A stretch of DNA of 64,000 nucleotides, from positions 352,001 through 416,000 of the forward strand of contig CAXXWC010000021.1 in the NCBI GenBank assembly GCA_963668645.2, given 5' to 3'. Within the stretch, counting starts at the first letter, position 1. Each line of letters starts with the position of its first letter. Position numbers and translations under genes: made by a program. Under the pieces are notes generated by a model. That model saw only the letters and a program-made list of their open reading frames with translations, was not told the origin of the DNA and made no database searches. Positions 1 through 9,540 of the stretch are shown here, one piece after another. Source of the stretch: Desulfobacterales bacterium (GTDB lineage Bacteria > Desulfobacterota > Desulfobacteria > Desulfobacterales > UBA2174).

Positions 1-1500
1 GATCCGCGGGTGACGGTCACGGCCACCAAGGCGCACCGCTACTGGATGATCCGGCCCGGGACCGACCTGGCCCTCAACTACGCGTTGATGCACGTGGTTC
101 TCAAGGAACGGCTCTACGATGCGGCCTTTGTCGATCGCTGGGTCCTGGGCCTTGCCGAACTGCGTGATTTCGTGGCGGCGTACACCCCGCAGTGGGCTGC
201 GGAAGAAACCGGCATCCCGGCCGAAGAGATCGTTGCCCTGGCCCGGGAAATCAGCCGAGAAAAGCCCCGGGTGATCTTCCACTTCGGCTACCGGGGCGCC
301 AGCCATGTCAACGAAATCTACATGCGCCGCTCGATCATGATGCTCAACGCCCTGATGGGCAGCATCGAAAATCCGGGGGGGTTTTTCTTCAAAAAAGGCC
401 CTGGAGAAATAGGCGCAAAACCGGCCCGCAAACTCACCGACCAGAAGATGCCCAAACCCGATACAGTGCGCTTCGACAAGGTCGGCACCCCTGATTTTCC
501 CCTTCCGGACCCGGCCCACGGCGCCGGCCAGATGCTTCCGGACGCCATCCTCAACGAGGATCCCTACCCCATCAAGGCCTTGATCGCCTACCGCTTCGAT
601 CCGCTCATGTCCATCGCCGATACCGCACACACCCGCAAAGCGCTGGACAAGCTGGACCTGATTGCGACCATCGACATCAACTACAGCGACATCGCCTGGT
701 ACAGCGATGTGATCCTGCCGGAATCGCTCTATCTCGAACGGACCGACTGCATCCAGCAGGCCAACGGGCTCAAACCCCAGATGTTTCTGCGCCGCCAGGC
801 CGTGCCGCCGCGCTACGACACCCGGGAAGGGGCCATCATTCTCAAGCAGATTGCCGAACGGCTGGGGGTGGGCCAGTACTTCCCCTACAAGACCATGGAC
901 GAACTGGTGGCCTGGCAGTTGGAGGGGACCGGATTTACCAGAGCCGACTTCGATAAAAAGGGATTCGTGGCTTACGGCAAGGAGCAGATTTTCTGGGATC
1001 GGGCCGACGGGCTCAAGATCAAGACCCCTTCGGGCAAAATCGAGTTCAAGTCTTCGCTGCTCGAAAACGCCGGCTTCGAATCCTTCCCGGCTTACGAAGC
1101 GATGCCCGGGCCCCAAAGCGAAGATGCATTTCGTCTGGTGGTGGGGCGCAACGCCCTGCACACCCACGTCTCGACCCAGAACGTGGCCTATCTGAACGAA
1201 ATCTGCCCGGAGAACACCGCCTGGATCAACAGCGCCCGGGCCAAAACCTTGGGTATCAAGGATCGCGATACGGTGGAGATCACCTCCAGGGTCGGCTGCG
1301 GCCGGATGCAAGCCTACGTTTCGGACATGATCCATCCCGAGGCCGTGTTCATCCTCCACGGGTTCGGCCACACGGCCGGCCGCGCGGCGCGTTCGCTCAA
1401 CCGTGGGGTCAGCGACAGTGCGCTGCAGGAAAATCTTTACGACAAGGTGGGCGGCAGCCCGGCCTATCACGACACCTTCGTCAGCGTCCGAAGGGTCTGA
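1..1500 (+). CDS. Molybdopterin oxidoreductase catalytic subunit (PsrA/PhsA-like, DMSO reductase family), 5'-truncated by the window edge
   Basis: Frame is open from base 1 (DPR...IRPGTDLAL, YTPQWAAEETGIPAEEI, SDVILPESLYLER). C-terminal molybdopterin dinucleotide-binding domain (HTHVSTQN...WINSARA...IHPEAV). Confidence 0.9.
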   Translation, partial: DPRVTVTATKAHRYWMIRPGTDLALNYALMHVVLKERLYDAAFVDRWVLGLAELRDFVAAYTPQWAAEETGIPAEEIVALAREISREKPRVIFHFGYRGASHVNEIYMRRSIMMLNALMGSIENPGGFFFKKGPGEIGAKPARKLTDQKMPKPDTVRFDKVGTPDFPLPDPAHGAGQMLPDAILNEDPYPIKALIAYRFDPLMSIADTAHTRKALDKLDLIATIDINYSDIAWYSDVILPESLYLERTDCIQQANGLKPQMFLRRQAVPPRYDTREGAIILKQIAERLGVGQYFPYKTMDELVAWQLEGTGFTRADFDKKGFVAYGKEQIFWDRADGLKIKTPSGKIEFKSSLLENAGFESFPAYEAMPGPQSEDAFRLVVGRNALHTHVSTQNVAYLNEICPENTAWINSARAKTLGIKDRDTVEITSRVGCGRMQAYVSDMIHPEAVFILHGFGHTAGRAARSLNRGVSDSALQENLYDKVGGSPAYHDTFVSVRRV

Positions 1501-1545
1501 AAAACACCCAAAGGACACCGGCTCTAGCGCCAGCGGAGAGGAGAT

Positions 1546-2061
1546 ATGAGCAAATACTACCTGTTTCAGGATACCAAGAAATGCATCGGCTGCCACGCCT
1601 GCGAGGTCCAGTGCAAGAGCAACAAGAACCTGCCGGTGGGACCGCGCCTGTGCCAGATCGTCACCGTGGGCCCCAAGTTCGTCGGCGGCCTGCCGCGCAT
1701 GGGCTTTATCTTCATGCCCTGCTTTCACTGTGAAAACCCCTGGTGTGTGGCGGCCTGCCCCACCGGCGCCATGCAAAAGCGGCCCAAGGACGGAATCGTC
1801 TTTGTCGACGAGCAGCTTTGTGTGGGCTGCAAGGCCTGTGTGTCAGCCTGCCCCTGGGGCGCACCCCAGTGGAATCCGACCACGGGCAAAGTGGTCAAGT
1901 GCGACTACTGCATGGACCGCATCGACCAGGGCCTCAAGCCGGCCTGCGTCACGGTCTGCACCAGCCACTGCCTCAGCTTCGGCGCCGTCGAGGAGTTGAC
2001 GCCGATCCGGCGCGAACGCCACGCCAAGTCGGTTGCCAGCCTTGAGCACACGGCTTTTTAG
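1546..2061 (+). CDS. 4Fe-4S dicluster electron-transfer subunit (PsrB/DmsB-like)
   Basis: CIGCHACEVQC, CFHCENPWCVAACP, CVGCKACVSACP and KCDYC...PACVTVC motifs; GGAG RBS upstream. Confidence 0.92.
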   Translation: MSKYYLFQDTKKCIGCHACEVQCKSNKNLPVGPRLCQIVTVGPKFVGGLPRMGFIFMPCFHCENPWCVAACPTGAMQKRPKDGIVFVDEQLCVGCKACVSACPWGAPQWNPTTGKVVKCDYCMDRIDQGLKPACVTVCTSHCLSFGAVEELTPIRRERHAKSVASLEHTAF

Positions 2062-2169
2062 TGATATCGATCCAAAGTCCGCCCCGGCCGACGCCGCCGC
2101 GGCGCCCGCCTTCGGCCGCAGACCGGTTCGCCGGGCTCGGTGTTTCGGTTTTTCTGTTGGAGGAATATC

Positions 2170-4326
2170 ATGGAAAAAGCCGCGTGCCCGGTCAATGCGA
2201 CGCTGCTTGACCTGTTAACGATCATCAAGAGCGACCGCCTGACCCTGCCGCGCAGCCGTCGACTGGCCGAGGAGATCCTCGACCTGCTGCGCGACGTGGT
2301 CCAGGGACGGGCCGGCAAGGCTCACCTGCCTGCACTGGACGCTTTGGCCGAGGAACTCAGCCAGTCCGATGACGGGCCGGGATGCCAGCGGACCGTTGAC
2401 ACGGTGTCCGCTTTGCTGGGCGGACACCGGGAAGTTCTGGCAAGCCATATCGAAACGGGCAACTGCGCCGCTGGCGAATGCCTGCGCCTGGCCCCCGCCC
2501 CTTGCCAGATGGCCTGCCCGGCAGGCATCGATATCCCCACCTACCTGACCCTGATCGGCATGGGCCGCGACGACGAGGCCATCGCGGTCATCCGCCAGGA
2601 CAATCCGTTCCCTTGGGTCTGCGGCCTGGTCTGCACCCGGCCTTGCGAATTCATGTGTGTGCGCGGGCGTATCGACCGGCCGGTATCGATCAAGTTTCTC
2701 AAGGCCTTTGCCGCGGAAAAGGCGCTTTCTGACAGGCGCTATCTCAACCCGCCCAAGGCTGCGGATAAAGGAAAGAAGGTCTGCATCGTCGGTGCCGGCC
2801 CCGGCGGCATGACGGCCGCTTATTATCTGGCCCTCAAGGGCTACGGCGTGGAGGTCATCGAAGCTTTGCCCATGGCCGGCGGCATGATGATGGTGGGCAT
2901 CCCCCGATACCGCCTGCCCCGGGAGGTCATCGACCGCGAGGTGGGTATGCTCGAATCCCTGGGGGTGGTATTCCGCTTCAACACCCGCCTGGGCCGCGAC
3001 ATCTCCCTGGATGAGCTTCGCACCCGGGGTTTCGATGCCTTTCTTTTCGCCATCGGCGCCCACAAGTCGTTTAAGCTCAACATTCCCGGCGAAAAAGACT
3101 ATCCGCGGGTGGTCGAGGCCATCGATTTTCTGCGCCGCGTCGCCCTGGGCGAGCGGCGCATGCCCGGGCGGCGGGTGGTGGTCATCGGCGGCGGCAATGT
3201 GGCCATCGATGCGGCCCGCACCAGCCTGCGCCTCGGCTCGGAAAAGGTCACCATCGCCTACCGGCGCACGCGCCACGAAATGCCGGCCGACGAGGAAGAG
3301 GTGGAACAGGCCGAGGAGGAAGGGGTGCATTTTGCCTTTCTTACCGTCCCGGTGGCGATCCAGGGCCGGGACGGAAAGGTCACGGCCCTGCGCTGCCTGC
3401 GTGCCGAGATGGTTGAAAGACCGGGGAGCCAGCGCAAGTCACCCGTTCCCCTGGAAGGCAGCGACTTCGACATGCTCGTCGATGCCGTGATCCCGGCCAT
3501 CGGCCAGCGCATCGACATCGATTGCATCAGCGGCGGCTGCGACCTGGCCTGGACCCGGCGCAACACCATCGAGGTCAACCTGACCACCATGGAGACCAGC
3601 GAGCCGGGAATCTTCGCCGTGGGCGATGCCGTCACCGGCCCGGCCACAGTGGTCGAAGCCATCGGCGGCGGCAAGCGGGCCGCCGAGGCCATCGACCGCT
3701 ATCTTCTCGGGATTCCCCAGCCCAAGAACCCCCCGGTACCGGTGCGCCACGGCCGCTGCGACCAGATCGAGGTTCCGGCCAGTACCAAGATGATCCTGCG
3801 CCGGCCCGAGATGCCGCTGCTCAACATCGAACGGCGCCGCACCACCTTCCAGCAGGTCGAACTGGGCTACTCGGAGAACACGACGCGCGAGGAGGCCCGC
3901 CGCTGCCTGCGCTGCGATATCTGCCTGCGCTGCGGGCGCTGCGTGGAGGTCTGCCGCGACAAGATGCAAATCGACGCCCTGCAACTGGGATACTTCGATT
4001 TCGACCACCCGGTGGAAACCGATTTCCGGCGCACCGAGGAGCGCTGCATCCTCTGCGGCGCCTGCGCGTCCAATTGCCCGACCGGAGCGATGCGCATCGA
4101 GGACCACAACGGGGAGCGGATTCTTTCCATTTGCGGCACGATCCTCAACCGCCAGCGCCTGGAAACCTGCCAGCGGTGCGGTGCGGTGCTCGGTCCGGCA
4201 CGTTATCTGGAGTACATTCGCAAGCGGACCGATCCCCATCTGCCCTCGGTGCGCGGCCAGAAGCTCTGCGATGCCTGCGCCCGGCGCGCCAAGGCGGCGC
4301 CGAACGTGGATACGATGCCGGTCTGA
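2170..4326 (+). CDS. FAD/NAD(P)-dependent Fe-S oxidoreductase (GltD/NfnB/SudA family) with N-terminal NuoF-C-like domain and C-terminal ferredoxin module
   Basis: APCQMACP...CGLVCTRPCE Fe-S motif; GAGPGG and GGGNVAID Rossmann motifs; EARRCLRC; extra CxxCxxC clusters. ATG at 2170 follows GGAGG. Confidence 0.88.
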   Translation: MEKAACPVNATLLDLLTIIKSDRLTLPRSRRLAEEILDLLRDVVQGRAGKAHLPALDALAEELSQSDDGPGCQRTVDTVSALLGGHREVLASHIETGNCAAGECLRLAPAPCQMACPAGIDIPTYLTLIGMGRDDEAIAVIRQDNPFPWVCGLVCTRPCEFMCVRGRIDRPVSIKFLKAFAAEKALSDRRYLNPPKAADKGKKVCIVGAGPGGMTAAYYLALKGYGVEVIEALPMAGGMMMVGIPRYRLPREVIDREVGMLESLGVVFRFNTRLGRDISLDELRTRGFDAFLFAIGAHKSFKLNIPGEKDYPRVVEAIDFLRRVALGERRMPGRRVVVIGGGNVAIDAARTSLRLGSEKVTIAYRRTRHEMPADEEEVEQAEEEGVHFAFLTVPVAIQGRDGKVTALRCLRAEMVERPGSQRKSPVPLEGSDFDMLVDAVIPAIGQRIDIDCISGGCDLAWTRRNTIEVNLTTMETSEPGIFAVGDAVTGPATVVEAIGGGKRAAEAIDRYLLGIPQPKNPPVPVRHGRCDQIEVPASTKMILRRPEMPLLNIERRRTTFQQVELGYSENTTREEARRCLRCDICLRCGRCVEVCRDKMQIDALQLGYFDFDHPVETDFRRTEERCILCGACASNCPTGAMRIEDHNGERILSICGTILNRQRLETCQRCGAVLGPARYLEYIRKRTDPHLPSVRGQKLCDACARRAKAAPNVDTMPV

Positions 4327-4432
4327 AGGGGATCTTTGAATCGGCGGCTGCCCATTCGAAATCCGGCAATTTTCAATCTGTTCAATTTCAGCAACCGGCA
4401 ATCGCGAATCGACAATTCATTAAGGAATTACC

Positions 4433-4645
4433 ATGATTTTCCGAAAAGGTCAGAAAGTCGAAATCTACCGGCGCTCGGACGACGAGATGTGGGCGCCTTA
4501 TATGGACCGCTTCGTGGGATGCCACGGGATCATCGTCGACCCGGATACGGCCATCAACGACCCGGACGCCCTGGTGGAGGTAAGTATCGACGGCCAGGGG
4601 ACCCACAGGCTGCCACAGGACTGCCTGCGGCTGCTGGATGCTTGA
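4433..4645 (+). CDS. Small conserved-looking hypothetical protein (70 aa, SH3/KOW-like beta pattern) inside the oxidoreductase cluster
   Basis: AAGGA RBS; co-oriented between two redox genes; coding-like codon usage. Confidence 0.65.
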   Translation: MIFRKGQKVEIYRRSDDEMWAPYMDRFVGCHGIIVDPDTAINDPDALVEVSIDGQGTHRLPQDCLRLLDA

Positions 4646-4792
4646 GCCACCGGCAAGCCGGTCTGCGACCGACCCGTTGACCGGCAGCAGGCCCGGGCAG
4701 TGAAAAGCATGACTCAGTTTCACCAAGCTCAGAGGCGTTGCCGCCTCTGAAACCCTATCGTTTACTTCAAGAAAATCGAACACGGTCTCGCC

Positions 4793-5551
4793 ATGATCAC
4801 GATCACCGTCGATGGTAATGTCCACGAAGTGGAACCCGGTCAGAACCTGCTCACCGTGCTGCGGCGCCTGGGCTATGAGATCCCGGCCATCTGTTTTCAT
4901 CCCGCCCTCAAGGACCCGGTGGCCGCCTGCCGCTTGTGCGCCGTGGAAATCAGTACCGGATCCGGCGAGCGGGCCAAGATCCGCCTGTCCTGCGTGGTCA
5001 AAACCACAGCCGACATGGACATCAAGACAGACAGCGCCGGGGTTCACGACGCGCGTACGCGGGCCATGCAGCGGCTGCTCCAGGACGCTCCGGAATCCGA
5101 GCGCCTGCATGCCCTGGCCGAGCGCTTCGGCATCGAAACCGCCCCCCTGCCCGATGGATGCATCCGCTGCCGGCTCTGCGAACGGGTCTGCCGCGAGGTG
5201 GTCAAGGCCGGGGCACTGACGGTGGAAAAACGCGAGGACCGGCCCTACATCGTGCCGATTCCCGGACGCTGCATCGGTTGTGGAACCTGCGCCAATCTTT
5301 GCCCCACCGACGCCATCCAGGTCGTGGATCGCGAGGACTGGCGCACCATCCTGATCCGCGACGAAATCATCGGCCGCCATCCCTTGGCCCATTGCGAGTC
5401 CTGCGGTCGCCCTTTTGCCACCCCGCGCTTTTTGGATCACGTGCACGAGGCCAGCGCCGCGCACCCGGATGTCAAGACCCATCACCAGTATTGCCCCACT
5501 TGCGCCAAGCTCCTTTCCGACCGCACCCTGGCGGCCATGCGCAGCAGATAA
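4793..5551 (+). CDS. 2Fe-2S/4Fe-4S protein (HoxU/NuoG N-terminal-like)
   Basis: ITVDG...IPAICFH...ACRLCAVE...LSC 2Fe-2S motif, CIRCRLCERVC, CIGCGTCANLCP. Confidence 0.85.
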   Translation: MITITVDGNVHEVEPGQNLLTVLRRLGYEIPAICFHPALKDPVAACRLCAVEISTGSGERAKIRLSCVVKTTADMDIKTDSAGVHDARTRAMQRLLQDAPESERLHALAERFGIETAPLPDGCIRCRLCERVCREVVKAGALTVEKREDRPYIVPIPGRCIGCGTCANLCPTDAIQVVDREDWRTILIRDEIIGRHPLAHCESCGRPFATPRFLDHVHEASAAHPDVKTHHQYCPTCAKLLSDRTLAAMRSR

Positions 5552-5553
5552 AA

Positions 5554-5589
5554 ACAGGCTTTCAGGCCGGTTGCGGCCTGAAAGCCTGT
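5554..5589. terminator. Hairpin between convergent operons (probable bidirectional terminator)
   Basis: ACAGGCTTTCAGGCCG-gttg-CGGCCTGAAAGCCTGT perfect 16-bp stem. Confidence 0.7.
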
Positions 5590-5613
5590 CGGACTTTGCC
5601 AAAAGAATCTTTT

Positions 5614-8214
5614 CTAGACCGCCACGGCCGGCTTCACGGATTCCTGATGCCGCTGGCGTTTGCGCTGGAGGAACCAGACAGCGGCCAGGAGGAGCCCGGC
5701 CGGAATGAACATCAGGTGCTTGGGTGGAATCTTGGTCGGCACGTAGAGGTGGAGAATCTCCTGGTCAAAGTCGATCCCGGCTTTTTCCGCCGGACTGCTA
5801 AAGACCACATTGTCCACAAACACCCGCCCGTTTTTCACATTGGTCTCGATGCCAATGGCCACCAAGCGTTCGGTGGCCGTCGGCTCGTTGCCCACCTGCA
5901 GCATCAGGCTTTTGGTGAAAGGCCGGCCTCGGAAATCCTCGCCGGCCACCTCAAGCATGAGATGGTCCCCCGGGTCGATCTGCGCGACAACCTGTTCGAG
6001 CCGGGTGGCCTTGACCTCCTTGAGGGGCGGATAGATCATGTCCCACCAAAATCCGGGCCGCAGCAAAGTGAAAGCCACCAGCAAAAGAAGCACAGTTTCC
6101 CAGATGCGATTCTTGACTAAAAAGTAGCGCTGGGTAGCAGCGGCGAAGATCATCATGGCCACCACGGCCCCGGCGACCACCACCAGAAAATGATACCAGG
6201 TCCCGATGCCGATCATCAGCAGTTCATTGTTGTAGATGAAGATGAACGGCAGGATTGCGGTGCGGATATCGTAGCCGAAGCCCTGGATTCCGGTGCGGAT
6301 CGGATCGCCGCCGGAAATGCCGGCCGCGGCGAAGGCCGCCAGACCCACCGGCGGGGTGTCGTCGGCCAGGATGCCGAAAAAGAAAACGAACAGATGGGCC
6401 GCGATCAGCGGTACGAGCAGGCCGGACTTGGCGCCCAGATCGACGATCACCGGGGCCATGAGGGTCGATACCACGATATAGTTGGCCGTGGTGGGCAGCC
6501 CCATGCCGAGCAGCAGACTGATGACCGCGGTAAAGATCAGGATAAGGAGCAGATTGCCGCCGGATATAAACTCGACAAACTCGGTCATTACCAGCCCGAT
6601 GCCGGTCAGGGTCACCGTGCCGACAACGATCCCGGCCGCAGCGGTGGCCACGCCGATCCCGATCATGTTGCGGGCCCCGCCCACCATGGCGTTGATCAGA
6701 TCGGCGAAACCTTGCCAAGCGCTGAATTCCGGCCCCCCGGTCTTGCGGAAGTACCCTTTGAGCGGCCGCTGAGTAACGACGATGAGCATCAGCAGCATCG
6801 TGGCCCAGTAGGCGGACAGGGACGGTGAAAGCCGTTCGACCACCAGGCACCAGATCAGCACCACCAGGGGCAGCAGGAAGTAGTACCCGGTCTTCAAGGT
6901 CGGCAGCAGCAGCGGCAGCCGTTCGATCTCGAGACTCGTTTCCAGCTCCGGCACCTTGCAGGCCAAACGCACCAAAAAGAGGTAGGCCGCCACGAGCAAG
7001 ACGCCCACGATGTAGATCGCCGCACCGCCGGCAACGGTCTTGATCCACCCGATCCCGTAATACGTGACGGCCGTCAGAACGGCCATCAGCAAAAAGCCGC
7101 CCACGAAAGTCGTCATCTTTTGGAGCAGGGAGGCCCCGGTACTTGGCTTTTTCAAGCCCTTGAGCCCCATCTTGCAGGCTTCCAGATGCACGATGTAAAA
7201 AAGGGCGATGTAGGAGATGATGGCCGGCAGAAAGGCGTGCTTGATCACCTCGATATACGAGATGCCCACATATTCGACCATCAGAAAGGCCGCGGCCCCC
7301 ATCACCGGCGGCATGAGCTGGCCGTTGGTCGAACAGGCCACCTCCACGGCGCCGGCCTTTTCCGGCGAGAAGCCGACCTTCTTCATCAACGGGATGGTAA
7401 AGGTGCCGGTGGTCACCACGTTGGCGATAGACGAGCCGGAGACCAAGCCGGTCAATCCCGAAGCGACCACCGCGGCCTTGGCCGGCCCGCCGCGCAGGTG
7501 TCCCAATCCGGCGAAGGCTGCGCGGATGAAGTAGTTGCCCGCCCCGGCCTGTTCCAGCAAGGCACCGAAGAGAACGAACATGAAGACCATTTCGGTGGAA
7601 ACCCCCACGGCCACACCGAAAACCCCCTCGGTGGAGAGCCAGTAGTGGCTCATCCCCTTGGAAAGGCTGGCGCCCTTGTGGGAGATGACGTCCGGCATGT
7701 AGCTGCCGAAAAAGGTGTAAACCATGAAGACGGCGGCCACCATCATCAGCGGCGGCCCCAAGGCACGCCGGGTCGCTTCCAGCAGCAGAATCAGGCCGAT
7801 GACGCCGACCACCAGATCAAATTGGGTCGGGTTGCCCGGCCGGGCGGAAAGTTCGACATAGCAGATGAACAGATAGGCCGCGCAGGCGGCCGCCACCAGG
7901 CCCACCACCCAGTCCTGGACCGGGATGTAGTCCCGCGGCGAGGATTTCTTGAAGGTCGGGAAGGCCGTAAAGGCCAAAAAGATGGCAAAGGCCAGATGGA
8001 TGGACCGGGCCTCGGTGGAGTTGAAGATCCCGATGTTGAAAATAAACGGCAAAGGTGAGGCATACCAGAGCTGAAACAGGGTCCAGGCCAGCGGCACGTA
8101 AAACAAGACCTGCCTGGGGATCTTTCCGGTGGGATTGCGGGCCCCGGTTTCAGTCTGGGCAACGATTTCCCGTGCCGATTCCAGCGACGGCGTGCTGCCG
8201 GTGGCTTTAGTCAT
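5614..8214 (-). CDS. TRAP transporter fused 4TM/12TM permease (TAXI type)
   Basis: GSSIANVVTTGTFTIPLM, GQLMPPVMGAAAF, LGMGLPTTANY, ADDTPPVGLA motifs; many TM segments. Confidence 0.93.
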   Translation of the reverse strand: MTKATGSTPSLESAREIVAQTETGARNPTGKIPRQVLFYVPLAWTLFQLWYASPLPFIFNIGIFNSTEARSIHLAFAIFLAFTAFPTFKKSSPRDYIPVQDWVVGLVAAACAAYLFICYVELSARPGNPTQFDLVVGVIGLILLLEATRRALGPPLMMVAAVFMVYTFFGSYMPDVISHKGASLSKGMSHYWLSTEGVFGVAVGVSTEMVFMFVLFGALLEQAGAGNYFIRAAFAGLGHLRGGPAKAAVVASGLTGLVSGSSIANVVTTGTFTIPLMKKVGFSPEKAGAVEVACSTNGQLMPPVMGAAAFLMVEYVGISYIEVIKHAFLPAIISYIALFYIVHLEACKMGLKGLKKPSTGASLLQKMTTFVGGFLLMAVLTAVTYYGIGWIKTVAGGAAIYIVGVLLVAAYLFLVRLACKVPELETSLEIERLPLLLPTLKTGYYFLLPLVVLIWCLVVERLSPSLSAYWATMLLMLIVVTQRPLKGYFRKTGGPEFSAWQGFADLINAMVGGARNMIGIGVATAAAGIVVGTVTLTGIGLVMTEFVEFISGGNLLLILIFTAVISLLLGMGLPTTANYIVVSTLMAPVIVDLGAKSGLLVPLIAAHLFVFFFGILADDTPPVGLAAFAAAGISGGDPIRTGIQGFGYDIRTAILPFIFIYNNELLMIGIGTWYHFLVVVAGAVVAMMIFAAATQRYFLVKNRIWETVLLLLVAFTLLRPGFWWDMIYPPLKEVKATRLEQVVAQIDPGDHLMLEVAGEDFRGRPFTKSLMLQVGNEPTATERLVAIGIETNVKNGRVFVDNVVFSSPAEKAGIDFDQEILHLYVPTKIPPKHLMFIPAGLLLAAVWFLQRKRQRHQESVKPAVAV

Positions 8215-8227
8215 GGGGATGATCCTC

Positions 8228-9208
8228 TTACATCAATCCGGCTTCCTTGTAATACTTCACGGCGCCGTCGTGCAGCGGGGCGGAAAGACCGTCCTTGATC
8301 ATCTCTTCTTTTTTCAGAATCGCAAAGGCCGGGTGAAGCTTTTTGAAATCGTCGAAGTTTTCGAAGACCGCTTTGACCACATTGTAGATGATCTCATCGG
8401 GCACCGTGGCCGAGGAGACGAAGGTGGCGCCCACACCGAAGGTTTTGGTGTCGGTGTCCGTGCCGCGGTACATGCCGCCCGGAATGGTCGCATAGCGGTA
8501 GTAGGAATTGTCCTTGACCAGCTTGTCGACCACAGGACCGGAGACGTCCACCAGCACCACGTCGCAGGACGCGGCGGCCTCCTGGATGTTGCCGGTCGGA
8601 TGCCCCACGGTATACACGAAGGCGTCGATCTTGTTGTCGCACAGGGCCTTGGAGTGTTCGTCGGGCTTGAGCTCAGAGGCCAGTTTGAAGACGTCCTTGG
8701 TCCAACCGAGGGCCCCCATCAACTCTTCCATGGTGCCGCGCTGGCCGGAGCCGGGGTTGCCGATGTTGACCCGTTTGCCTTTTAAATCGGTAAAGGTCTT
8801 GATCCCGGAATCGGCCCGGGCCACCACGGTGAACGGCTCAGGATGCACGGAAAAAACGGCCCGCAGATCCTTGTTGGGACCGGCTTCGGCAAATTTACTA
8901 GTGCCATGGTAGGCATGGTACTGCCAGTCGGATTGGGCCACCCCCATGTCGAGCTCGCCGGCACGGATGGCGTTGAGGTTGTAGACCGAGCCGCCGGTAC
9001 TCTCCACCGAGCAGCGGATCCCGTGCTCCTTGCGGGTCTTGTTCACCAGCCGGCAGATGGCGCCGCCGGTGGGATAGTAGACCCCGGTGACCCCGCCGGT
9101 GCCGATGGTGACGAATTTCTGTTCGGCCTGCACGGACGCCGGAACGGCACCCCATACGAGCACCAGGGCAAACACCAGAGCCGATACGACAATCAATCCC
9201 TTCTTCAT
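8228..9208 (-). CDS. TAXI-family TRAP solute-binding protein
   Basis: Signal peptide; [32 protein letters not shown]. Confidence 0.93.
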   Translation of the reverse strand: MKKGLIVVSALVFALVLVWGAVPASVQAEQKFVTIGTGGVTGVYYPTGGAICRLVNKTRKEHGIRCSVESTGGSVYNLNAIRAGELDMGVAQSDWQYHAYHGTSKFAEAGPNKDLRAVFSVHPEPFTVVARADSGIKTFTDLKGKRVNIGNPGSGQRGTMEELMGALGWTKDVFKLASELKPDEHSKALCDNKIDAFVYTVGHPTGNIQEAAASCDVVLVDVSGPVVDKLVKDNSYYRYATIPGGMYRGTDTDTKTFGVGATFVSSATVPDEIIYNVVKAVFENFDDFKKLHPAFAILKKEEMIKDGLSAPLHDGAVKYYKEAGLM

Positions 9209-9540
9209 CTGGACCTCCTTGCGGTTGTGTTGGAGTTAGGCGAACGGTCGTCTTACGGAAAAAAAGGCTGTTCGTCGCTGCCGGCCGTCTCCTTCAGGCC
9301 GGCACCGAACACGAACTTTTGGGGGGGTCTGGATCAATAGTGGCGTCACAATTTTATGAACTTGCTTCGCCTTTTGAAGAAAATAGCAAACCCGGACGGA
9401 TAACGCAACCACCCATACGGGCACAGCAACCGGTGGATCAATGCCGTCCAGGACCTGCGCGTTCTGGCAAAAGGCCTTTTCCCGGCGCCTTCGTGCCTGC
9501 AGGCAGAAGGCAGGCGCCGTCCGCGCCTTTGACCGGGGGG

